Positions 50,101-57,518 of a DNA stretch of 64,000 bases are shown one piece after another. Each line of letters opens with the position of its first letter. The first letter of the stretch is position 1. Source of the stretch: Candidatus Eiseniibacteriota bacterium. Its GTDB lineage: Bacteria > Eisenbacteria > RBG-16-71-46. The notes below the pieces were generated by a model. It did not search any database and had not been told where the DNA came from. It saw only the letters and a program-made list of their open reading frames with translations. The DNA lies in contig CAVSAC010000014.1 in assembly GCA_963725865.1 (NCBI GenBank), positions 512,001-576,000 on the forward strand. Reading direction: 5' to 3'. Made by a program: the position numbers and the translations under genes.

Positions 50101-50511
50101 ACCGAGCAGCAGCGCCTGCGCGAGGAGCTGGAACGCATCCAGCAGAGCGACGAGCGCGAGCGCCGGCTGCTCGGCCGCCTCGACGCCGCTCACCAGGAGA
50201 TGAAGGAGGTCGAGGAGGCGCTGCGATCGGGCCCGCCCGGCGACGACCTCGAGCAGAAGCAGGACCGCATCCTCTCGCGGCTGCTCGACGCCCAGCGCTC
50301 GGTCAACCGGCGGGACTTCGATCCCACGCGCGAGTCGCGGCCCGGCGAGGATCTCGCCCGCTCGAGCCCGGCACCGCTGCCGGCCGAGCTGCTGCGCGAG
50401 AGCGATCGGCTGCGGCTGGGGCTGCTGAAGGCCGACGCCGATCGCTACCCGGCGCAGTACCGCACCCTGATCGAGAGCTACCTGCGCGCCCTCGAAGGGT
50501 CGCGTCGGTGA
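47200..50511 (+). CDS. DUF4175-like membrane-anchored long coiled-coil protein
   Basis: GTG start 47200; 3 N-terminal TM segments; beta domains (P.Y..L, DDLGL, DDDAVSG.K); Q/E-rich coiled coil; RLLDAQRS...YPAQYR.LIESY C-terminus. Confidence 0.8.
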   Translation: MPRLPIHQQLERSHGAVRRALVLRHALRAAAALSALIALAVLVDIPFDAGTGWAWTRSLLAVLAGAVALGGVLARWRAETPRFDAWLEYVEARFPEVRSWLRNALDLERTPPEHTSVTLATALREETARRLAHVPLASLTPTIAARAPALATGAALLALLLVALAAPQRVERSWSTLWDPAAAAPPVRLVVEPGSVRVSPGAALAVRARVWGSGAPPRIERDGGPAVAAVAEGADAGGARVWRFDLAMITRAELYRVRAAHAVSPRYRIALAGEPAPVSFEIAYQAPAYARLPLQRGTTTRGDLEALRGTLATITATFDRDLEALAATDPAGTRRTWTAVTPRRWRGSLAITRAGTWALQATASAGAATFRYRVTPLEDAAPVLSVVVPTGDVDLPEGQQVPLEVVGQDDLGLTELALQVRRDAAEPWRTLPLQRFAQRPREARVRTAWDAATLGLLPGQSATFRFVLWDDDAVSGRKAATSPSFALRFPSLAELYDRLDERQGGVQASLERVADQSRDLQKTLEHMARQTPQARATPQSGSSYERREEMKSALERQQEIAQRVTDAVGQLQKGLEEAAERRAFDDELMRKLHELNALMQQIQSPEFKDALQRIQKALERMDARVPDQDVKRWRDASKEMLENLERSLALLKQLRAEEQLASLARRAEELAKRQDALNEQHDAAPPRAAEEREQRSESLAKQQQEAADRARELAQQAREVAKDMQQPAEQQDLQQAAEELQNEAAPQQDQAAESQRQQQRQQARSAGERASHSLQKAAQQLGQMSAQASQRRNGADLAAVRRAAQDLVSLQRSTQDNLDTHGEPKSRADRQTDLSEGVSRVADSLYTLGQRSPFITQQLGTQLGRAMQSLAQSGRDLARGDRARGEQVGREGSEALNEAVRELRLSESSMCQNPGSGQSGSQGLPQAMGELGEQQSQLNSESRALAQRLSQQMRLSAGDQSELRRLATEQQRLREELERIQQSDERERRLLGRLDAAHQEMKEVEEALRSGPPGDDLEQKQDRILSRLLDAQRSVNRRDFDPTRESRPGEDLARSSPAPLPAELLRESDRLRLGLLKADADRYPAQYRTLIESYLRALEGSRR

Positions 50512-52163
50512 TGGGCGGACGGCGCGCCCGGGCGCTGATCGCGCTGGTGCTGGCGACCGCGGTCGCCGCCCTCCTCGGCGGCCCGGTACCCGCACAGACG
50601 GTGCGGATCGGCGGCGCGCCGGTGCCGCGGATCCTGCCGCCCGCGCACCTGGTCGGGCGCGCCCCGACGCCGCTCGATCCCGCGCTGGTCCCGCGGCTGC
50701 TGCACGGCCGCAACCTGCTCGAGAACGGGATGCTCGACAGCGCCCGCATCGTGCTCGAGGGCGTGCTGGCGGCGGCGCCCCACCATCCGGCGGTGCTCGT
50801 CGAGCTGGCGCAGGTGCACGCCGAGCGCCAGGCGTGGGGCGACCTCGAGCGCCTCGCCACCCGCGAGCGTGCCGCGACCCACGACTCCACGCTGCTCGCG
50901 AGCGAGCTCGCGCAGGCGCTCGAGCGCCAGGCCCGCCCCGCGGCCGCGGCCCAGGTCGCGGTCGAGGCGTGGGTCGCCTCGCCGCTGGAAGGCGCCTGGG
51001 CGCTCGGCACCGTGGCGCGCCTCGGCGGGTCCGCCGGCCGGCCGGTCCGCGACGCCCTGCGCCGCGCGGTGCTCGCGCGCCCCGAGCGCGCCGACCTCGC
51101 CCGCGGACTGGCGCGGCTCGACTGGGCGGCGGGCGACACCCGCGCGGTGCTGCGCGGACTCGCGGCGGCCGACCAGGCGGGCGCGCGTCCGCCGGCCCGC
51201 TGGGCGTTCGCCGAGGACCTGCTGCGCGGCGGGGGCACCGCCCACGATTCGGCCGGCGCGGTGGACGTCGCGCTCGACCTGGTCGGCGACCGCGGCGCCG
51301 AGCTCACGTATCGCATGCTGTCGGCGCAGCGCGCGTGGGAGGTCTCGCAGGCGCTGGGCCAGGCGCGCGCCGACGCGCCGCGCATCGCGCACGCGCTCGC
51401 GGACCAGCCGCCCGAGCGCTGGGACTCCGCGTTCCTGGTGACGGTCGCGCGCGCGCTGCGCGAGGGCGGGCACACCGCCGAGGCGCGCACGTTGCTGGCG
51501 CCGCACGGCGACCAGCCCCAGGCCCCCGGCGTGACGCTCGAGCGCGCGCTCGCCGACCTGCGCGACGGTCCGCCGGAGCGCGCGCTGCCGGGGCTGCACG
51601 CCGGCGCGCTGGCGAGCAGCGAGGCGGCGTGGCGCTACGCCGAGGCGCTGTTCTTCGCCGGCCAGAGCGACTCCGCGAAGAGCTGGTACCAGCGCGTCGC
51701 CGAGGACGCCGCGAGCCCGTTCGCCGGCGCCGCGTTCGACCGGCTCTTCCTGATCGAGGACGCGGCGCCGCCCACCGCGCTGCCGTCCTTCGGACAGTTG
51801 GCGTACGAGGAATGGCGGGGCGACCCGCGGCGCGCGAGCGCGATCGCGGATTCGCTGGTGCGCGTGCTCCCGCGCGGGGCGCTGTGGGCGCAGGCGGCGC
51901 TGCGAGCGGCCACGCTGCGCGACGCGCTCGGCGACATCCCGGGCGCGCTGGCACCGCTGCGCGCGGTCGCCGATTCGCTGCCGGGCGACCGGCTCGCCCC
52001 GCTCGCGCGCCAGCGGCTCGGCGATCTGTATCTCGAGCGCATCCACGACGAGGCGCAGGCGCTGGCGCAGTACGAGGAGTGCCTGGCGCGCTATCCCAAG
52101 GCCTGGAACGCACCCGAGGTGCGCCGGCGGGTCGAGACCCTGCGCCGCGAACGGCGCTTCTGA
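50511..52163 (+). CDS. Exported TPR-repeat protein
   Basis: Signal peptide; helical repeats; C-terminal RLGDLY...ALAQYEECLARYP...EVRRR (BamD/YbgF-like TPR); TGATG overlap. Confidence 0.75.
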   Translation: MGGRRARALIALVLATAVAALLGGPVPAQTVRIGGAPVPRILPPAHLVGRAPTPLDPALVPRLLHGRNLLENGMLDSARIVLEGVLAAAPHHPAVLVELAQVHAERQAWGDLERLATRERAATHDSTLLASELAQALERQARPAAAAQVAVEAWVASPLEGAWALGTVARLGGSAGRPVRDALRRAVLARPERADLARGLARLDWAAGDTRAVLRGLAAADQAGARPPARWAFAEDLLRGGGTAHDSAGAVDVALDLVGDRGAELTYRMLSAQRAWEVSQALGQARADAPRIAHALADQPPERWDSAFLVTVARALREGGHTAEARTLLAPHGDQPQAPGVTLERALADLRDGPPERALPGLHAGALASSEAAWRYAEALFFAGQSDSAKSWYQRVAEDAASPFAGAAFDRLFLIEDAAPPTALPSFGQLAYEEWRGDPRRASAIADSLVRVLPRGALWAQAALRAATLRDALGDIPGALAPLRAVADSLPGDRLAPLARQRLGDLYLERIHDEAQALAQYEECLARYPKAWNAPEVRRRVETLRRERRF

Positions 52164-52177
52164 ATCAGAAGGACATC

Positions 52178-53770
52178 ATGAACCTGCTCTCGGGAGGACG
52201 ATCCCCGCTCGCCGCCGGCCGCCGGCGCGGCGGACTGCTGGTGCCGCTGCGCATCCTCGGGGCGCTGGTCGGCGCCGTGCTGGTGGCGGTGATCGCGCTG
52301 TTCACGCTCGGGCTCGCGCTGCTGTTCCTGCGCGGCCGCGGCGCGCGCGCGCGCACGTTCACGTGGCGCGCGGGCGGCGCTCCGGGCGGCGCTCCGGCGC
52401 GCGACGCCACGGATGCGCCCCCGGTCGACGCCTCCGCCGCGGCGGGCGAGCCGCCGGCCGCGGCGCCGCCGCGCCGGGAGCGCTCGTACGCCGAGGTGGT
52501 CGAGGCGCTGCCGCTCGGGATCGGCCTCGCGCTCGCGCTCGCGCTCGGCGGCGCGGCCGCGCCGCCGGCGGTCCACGCCAAGGTGCTGGTGCCAATGGAC
52601 GAGCGCCAGACCGATCACCTGAAGGCGTACGGGCTCACCTACTGGGTGCTCACGCGCGGCCAGAAGGCCGAGTGGCTGCTCAACTACCGCGGCGGATCGT
52701 TCCTGCTCGCCGACGACGCCGAGACCGTGCGCGAGGCCAACGTGCGCGGGGTCGAGATCGAGACCCTGTCGGGCGCCGGCGAGGCCGCGATCCGCGCCAC
52801 CATCGCCGACGAGAACATGGAGTCGGTCGCGCTCGAAAAAGCGCCCCGGGTGGCGGTCTACATCCCCGCCAACACGCCTCCGTGGGACGACGCCGTGACG
52901 CTCGCGCTCAAGTACGCTGACATCCCCTACGCCACCGTCTGGGACGAAGAGGTCCTGCGCGGCGACCTCGCGAAGTACGACTGGCTCCACCTGCACCACG
53001 AGGACTTCACCGGCCAGCACGGGAAGTTCTACCTCGCGTACCACGACTTCGCCTGGTACCGCGAGGAGGAGTCGGTCCAGAAGGCGATGGCGGCCAAGCT
53101 CGGGTTCGCCAAGGTCACGCAGCTGAAGGCGGCGGTGGCGACCACCATCCACGACTACATCGTGCGCGGCGGGTTCATGTTCGGGATGTGCTCCGCAACC
53201 GACACCTACGACATCGCGCTCGCCGCCGCCGGCGTCGACATCGCCGACGTGGTGTACGACGGGGATCCGCCCGATCCGCTGGCGCAGCGCAAGCTCGACG
53301 ATTCGCGCACGCTCGCGTTCAAGGACTTCCATCTCGAGATGGATCCGTTCGTCTACCGCTTCTCGGACATCGACGTCACGCAGGAGGCGTCGCAGCGCGG
53401 GCCCGAGTCGTTCTTCACGCTGTTCGACTTCTCCGCGAAGAACGATCCGGTACCGAGCATGCTGGTCCAGGACCACGTGAACGCGATCCCCGAGTTCCTC
53501 GGCCAGAGCACCGGATTCCGCCGCGCCAAGCTCAAGAGTGGCGTCTACGTGCTCGCGGAGGTGGAGGGCACGGACGAGGTGAAGTACCTGCACGGGCAGT
53601 GCGGGCGCGGCACGTTCACGTTCCTCGGCGGGCACGACCCCGAGGACTACCAGCACATGGTCGGCGACCCGCCCACCGACCTCACCAAGTACCGGCACTC
53701 GCCGGGCTACCGCCTGATCCTCAACAACGTGCTGTTCCCCGCCGCCGAGAAGAAGAAGCAACGCACCTAG
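52178..53770 (+). CDS. Conserved FCB-type exported protein (family often mislabelled asparagine synthetase B), class I glutamine-amidotransferase-like fold
   Basis: LVPMD..Q.DHLKAYG, WLLNYRGGSF, PWDDAVTLAL.YA.IPY, YDWLHLHHEDFTGQ, GGFMFGMCSATD, GGHDPEDYQH, SPGYRLILNNVLFPAA. Confidence 0.8.
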   Translation: MNLLSGGRSPLAAGRRRGGLLVPLRILGALVGAVLVAVIALFTLGLALLFLRGRGARARTFTWRAGGAPGGAPARDATDAPPVDASAAAGEPPAAAPPRRERSYAEVVEALPLGIGLALALALGGAAAPPAVHAKVLVPMDERQTDHLKAYGLTYWVLTRGQKAEWLLNYRGGSFLLADDAETVREANVRGVEIETLSGAGEAAIRATIADENMESVALEKAPRVAVYIPANTPPWDDAVTLALKYADIPYATVWDEEVLRGDLAKYDWLHLHHEDFTGQHGKFYLAYHDFAWYREEESVQKAMAAKLGFAKVTQLKAAVATTIHDYIVRGGFMFGMCSATDTYDIALAAAGVDIADVVYDGDPPDPLAQRKLDDSRTLAFKDFHLEMDPFVYRFSDIDVTQEASQRGPESFFTLFDFSAKNDPVPSMLVQDHVNAIPEFLGQSTGFRRAKLKSGVYVLAEVEGTDEVKYLHGQCGRGTFTFLGGHDPEDYQHMVGDPPTDLTKYRHSPGYRLILNNVLFPAAEKKKQRT

Positions 53771-53959
53771 CCACGCCGGCGCGCCGCGGCCGCCGCCGGG
53801 GCGCCCGTGGGACGCCAGCTCCGTCCGCCGGACAGTTCGCGATGCGATCGGGCATTGCCCGCGCCCCGGTGACCCCCTAGCTTTGAGTGCTGGGAATTCG
53901 ACGCCGAACCTGCTGCGTCCCCCCCTCGACTCGGACCTTCCCCGCACGGAGAACCTCCG

Positions 53960-55198
53960 ATGCCCGCCTCTCGCCGTGACCCCAGGTTCTCCGCCTGCTG
54001 GCTGGCCGTGGTCCTGTTATGCGCCGGAGCGACGCTCGCGACCGCCGACGTCCCACCCGCGTACCAGCTCAAGTGGGGTGGCCTCGGCACCGCGCCCGGG
54101 CTGATGAACCTCCCCTGCGAATTGCACGCGACTGCCAGCCGGGTCTACGTGGTCGACGGCGACAACCACCGCATCCAGGTGTTCGACAAGGACGGGGGCT
54201 TCCTGTTCATGTGGGGCTCGAACGGCCCCGGCGACGGGCAGTTCATCTACCCGACCGGCATCGCGGTGGACGACAGCGGCTACGTCTACGTCGGCGACAC
54301 CAACAACCACCGCGTCCAGAAGTTCACGAGCGAGGGCCAGTACGTCCTTCAGTTCGGCACCCACGGCTTCGGTCCGGGACAGTTCAACTTCTGCGCCGGC
54401 GTGGCGGTGGATCGCTCGGGCCGCGTCATCGTGTGCGACTACCTCGGCGACAAGCTCGAGGTGTTCACGAAATACGGCGCTCACCTCGCGTCGTGGGGCT
54501 CCACCGGGCCCGGTCCGGTGCAGTTCTACTCGCCGTACGGCATCGACACCGACGGCGACGGCAACATCTACATCGCCGACAAGTACAACCATCGCATCCA
54601 GAAGCTCGCCCCCGACGGCAGCTTCATCCTGCAGTGGGGCAGCTACGGCACCGCCGACGGCCAGTTCGACGAGCCGCAGAATCCCGCGTGGGACGGGGCC
54701 GAGGCGATCTACGTGGTCGACAAGTACAACGATCAGGTGCAGAAATTCACCCGTGACGGCGTGTTCCTCGCCCGCTGGGGGAGCACCGGCACCGGCACCG
54801 GCCAGTTCAACAACCCCGAAGGCATCACCAGCGATCATGCGGGGTACGTGTACATCGGGGACTGGCTCAATCACCGCGTGGAGCGCTTCGGCTATGCGAC
54901 CGACGACGCGCCGGTGTCGCCCGCGGGTCGCGGACCGCTCGCGCTCGAGACGGTGACTCCGAATCCCGCCCGCGGCTCGCTGCGCGTGCGCTTCACGCTC
55001 GCCGGCGACGCGCCCGCGACGCTCACGCTGCACGACCTCGCGGGGCGCGCGATGACCGTGCGCCCGCTCGCCGGGAGCGGCGCGGGCCCTCACGAGCTGA
55101 CGCTGCCGCTCGACGCCGCGCTGCCGGCCGGGATCTACTTCGTGCGGGTGACTCAGGGAGCGGCGGCGCGCGCGGCGCGCGTGGCGGTGGTGCGCTGA
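53960..55198 (+). CDS. Exported NHL-repeat 6-bladed beta-propeller with T9SS-like C-terminal domain
   Basis: Six GQF..P.GIA.D...YV.D..NHR(I/V)QKF repeats; C-terminal PNPARG...LHDLAGR...LPAGIYFVRV. Confidence 0.9.
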   Translation: MPASRRDPRFSACWLAVVLLCAGATLATADVPPAYQLKWGGLGTAPGLMNLPCELHATASRVYVVDGDNHRIQVFDKDGGFLFMWGSNGPGDGQFIYPTGIAVDDSGYVYVGDTNNHRVQKFTSEGQYVLQFGTHGFGPGQFNFCAGVAVDRSGRVIVCDYLGDKLEVFTKYGAHLASWGSTGPGPVQFYSPYGIDTDGDGNIYIADKYNHRIQKLAPDGSFILQWGSYGTADGQFDEPQNPAWDGAEAIYVVDKYNDQVQKFTRDGVFLARWGSTGTGTGQFNNPEGITSDHAGYVYIGDWLNHRVERFGYATDDAPVSPAGRGPLALETVTPNPARGSLRVRFTLAGDAPATLTLHDLAGRAMTVRPLAGSGAGPHELTLPLDAALPAGIYFVRVTQGAAARAARVAVVR

Positions 55199-55237
55199 CC
55201 GACGGCGGGCGGCCGCCGCGCGGCGGCCGGGCCGGGC

Positions 55238-56989
55238 TCAGTCCTTCGGTTCCCGCGGCGGCCGGCGCCACGATTCCTCGAACAGCGCCTGGCGCATCGC
55301 CGGGCTCACGGGGCCCTCGCCGGCGGACTCCGCGTCCGCGGGGTGGCGCAGCAGCCAGTGGGCGCGGGTGACGCGCCCATCGATCCAGGTCAGGAACCGC
55401 CGGTGGACGCCGGGCGACACGTGGACGACGTACAGGTGCCAGACCAGCACCACCCCGATCGCCAGCAGCGCCTCGTCGCTGTGCGCGAGGAACGCGACCC
55501 CGAGCGCGAGCTCCGGCAGCCGCGCCCCGAGCGGGAGCGGGAACCACAGCACCAGCCCCGACAGCGTCATCACCGGCAGCCCCCAGGCCACCGCGAGGTA
55601 GTGGAGCTTGTTGCGCAGGTCGAAGTGCCCGCTCGCGGGCGGCAGTGGCCGCCGGCCGGTCTGGAACAGCGCCAGCTCGCGCGCCGCGCGACCGTCGCCG
55701 GGCCCGGGCAGGATCGGCCACGCGCGCGCGAGGTCCCCGCGGCGGCGTACCAGCGCGACCCCCGCGAGCGTCAGATGCACGAGCCCCACGAGCACCATCA
55801 GCACGGCGGCCGCGCGATGCAGGCCGCGCGCGACCACCAGACCGCCGAGCAACGCGTAAACGCGCGCGAGCGGCTCGGAGTCGGGATAGCGCAGCGGCAG
55901 GCCGGTGAGCGCGAGCACCGAGAACGCCAGCACCAGCGCGCCGTGCTGCGCGCGCTGCGCCAGCGTGAGGCGCGCGACCAGCCGTGTCCCGTCGACGAGC
56001 ACGGGAGGTCCCGGCGCGCCGGACGCACGGGCGCGCCGCGCCGCGCGCCACCGGCGCGCCGCGTCCAGCACGATGTCCGCCAGGAGCACCAGCAGCACCG
56101 CGGCGCCCAGTACCAGCAGCAGCGCCTCCTCGAGGCGCAGCAGCGGCTCGCGCTTGGCGCGCATCCCCAGGTGATTCGCGCCGGACATCGCGAAGCGCGC
56201 GTTCGCTCCCTGGTGGCAGTCCTTGCGGCCGCACGTGGTCATCAGGCTGTCCGCGCCCACGCGCGAGCCGGTGCTGTCGGGCGACATCACGCGGTGGACG
56301 CCGTGGCAGTCCTGGCACACCGCAGTGTTGCGCGCGCCGAATCGCACGGCCTTGTAGTGGAACGACCGCCGATAGCTCGAGACCGCGTCGGGGTCCACGT
56401 CGTGGCGCGCCATCCGCGGGCGGTCCTCGTGGCAGTCGGCGCACAATCGCATGCGATCGCGCGGTCCGAACGTGCGCCGCGGGCTCGGGATCGCGTGCGG
56501 CCGGCCCTCGCCGTGGCAGGTCACGCAGGCGGGTGAGTCCGCGCTCTCGCCCGTCAGTCCCTTGCGATGGGCGCCCGCGAGGAAGTCGACCTGCTCGGCG
56601 CGGTGCGAGACCGTCCGGCCCTCCACGTCGGTCGCATGGCAGTCCGCGTCGCAGCCGACCGGGGCGCGACGGCCGCCCGGGAACTCGTGCGGATAGGCGC
56701 GCACGTCGGCGTGGCACTGCGTGCACTCGAGCGAGCCGTGCACCGAGCTCACGTGCGCGATCACGTCGATGCTCAGGTCGCGCACGCGGGTGCCGAGGGT
56801 GTCGCGATAGAGGAAGTTCGGGATGCCGTGGCAGCGCAGGCAGCGCTCGAGCTCGTGAGGTCCGAAGTCGATCGGCGGGAACGGCACCGGCGGCCGCGCC
56901 CACGCCGCAGGCGCCGCGGCCGCGGCCAGCCCCGTCACCAGGATCACGCGCCCCAGGAGCCGGCGGCGCGGCGCCCCGCGCCGACTCAC
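55238..56989 (-). CDS. CbcL-like multiheme c-type cytochrome fused to a di-heme cytochrome b domain
   Basis: 5 CxxCH plus CxxxCH and CxxxxCH motifs; TM region with QH, LHR...VH, HSDEALLA...WHLY.VH. GTG start 56989 overlaps the GNAT stop. Confidence 0.85.
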   Translation of the reverse strand: MSRRGAPRRRLLGRVILVTGLAAAAAPAAWARPPVPFPPIDFGPHELERCLRCHGIPNFLYRDTLGTRVRDLSIDVIAHVSSVHGSLECTQCHADVRAYPHEFPGGRRAPVGCDADCHATDVEGRTVSHRAEQVDFLAGAHRKGLTGESADSPACVTCHGEGRPHAIPSPRRTFGPRDRMRLCADCHEDRPRMARHDVDPDAVSSYRRSFHYKAVRFGARNTAVCQDCHGVHRVMSPDSTGSRVGADSLMTTCGRKDCHQGANARFAMSGANHLGMRAKREPLLRLEEALLLVLGAAVLLVLLADIVLDAARRWRAARRARASGAPGPPVLVDGTRLVARLTLAQRAQHGALVLAFSVLALTGLPLRYPDSEPLARVYALLGGLVVARGLHRAAAVLMVLVGLVHLTLAGVALVRRRGDLARAWPILPGPGDGRAARELALFQTGRRPLPPASGHFDLRNKLHYLAVAWGLPVMTLSGLVLWFPLPLGARLPELALGVAFLAHSDEALLAIGVVLVWHLYVVHVSPGVHRRFLTWIDGRVTRAHWLLRHPADAESAGEGPVSPAMRQALFEESWRRPPREPKD

Positions 56990-57435
56990 TCGACCGGCCG
57001 TGGCTGTCGATAGACGTCCGGAACCCAGCGCTCCATGAAGCGCTCGGGGCCGTGCAGCGGGGTGAATCCCACCTTCTCGTAGAGCCGGTGCGCGTCGCGG
57101 GTCGCGAGGATCCAGCGCCGCAGCCCCTGCAGCTCCGGATGGCCCACCACGACGCGCATCAGCCACACCGAGAGTCCGCGGCCGCGATAGGACTCGAGCA
57201 CGAACACGTCGCCGACATACGCGAAGGTGGCGCGATCAGTCACCACCCGCGCGTACCCCACCTGCCGTTCCCCGTGCCAGAGACTGAAGTTGAGCGAGCC
57301 CCGCACCGCACGCTCCAGCACCTCGCGCGGGAGCCCCTCGCACCAGTACGCGCCGCGCAGGAATCCGTGCACGACGTCCAGGTCCACGCGGGCCGGGTCC
57401 GTCGTCACGACGAAGTCGCCCTGGGTCCACTCCAT
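56986..57435 (-). CDS. GNAT family N-acetyltransferase
   Basis: QVGYARVVTD..TFAYVGDVFV...RGRGLS, LATRDAH.LYEKVGF; GGAGG RBS. Confidence 0.92.
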   Translation of the reverse strand: MEWTQGDFVVTTDPARVDLDVVHGFLRGAYWCEGLPREVLERAVRGSLNFSLWHGERQVGYARVVTDRATFAYVGDVFVLESYRGRGLSVWLMRVVVGHPELQGLRRWILATRDAHRLYEKVGFTPLHGPERFMERWVPDVYRQPRPVE

Positions 57436-57462
57436 CGGGCTGCCTCCCTCCGGTGAAGCACG

Positions 57463-57488
57463 ACGGGGCGCCCCGAAGGACGCCCCGT
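57463..57488 (-). terminator. Hairpin with cUUCGg tetraloop downstream of ompA
   Basis: Minus strand ACGGGGCGTCC-TTCG-GGGCGCCCCGT. Confidence 0.6.
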
Positions 57489-57518
57489 TCACTGCCACCT
57501 CGCGGCGCCGGATCGGCG

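Noticed and set aside
56930..56989. Tat signal on the multiheme cytochrome (SRRG..RRRLL)
   Set aside because: Arg-rich N-regions are common in this GC-rich genome, the motif is imperfect, and c-type cytochromes are normally Sec-exported.
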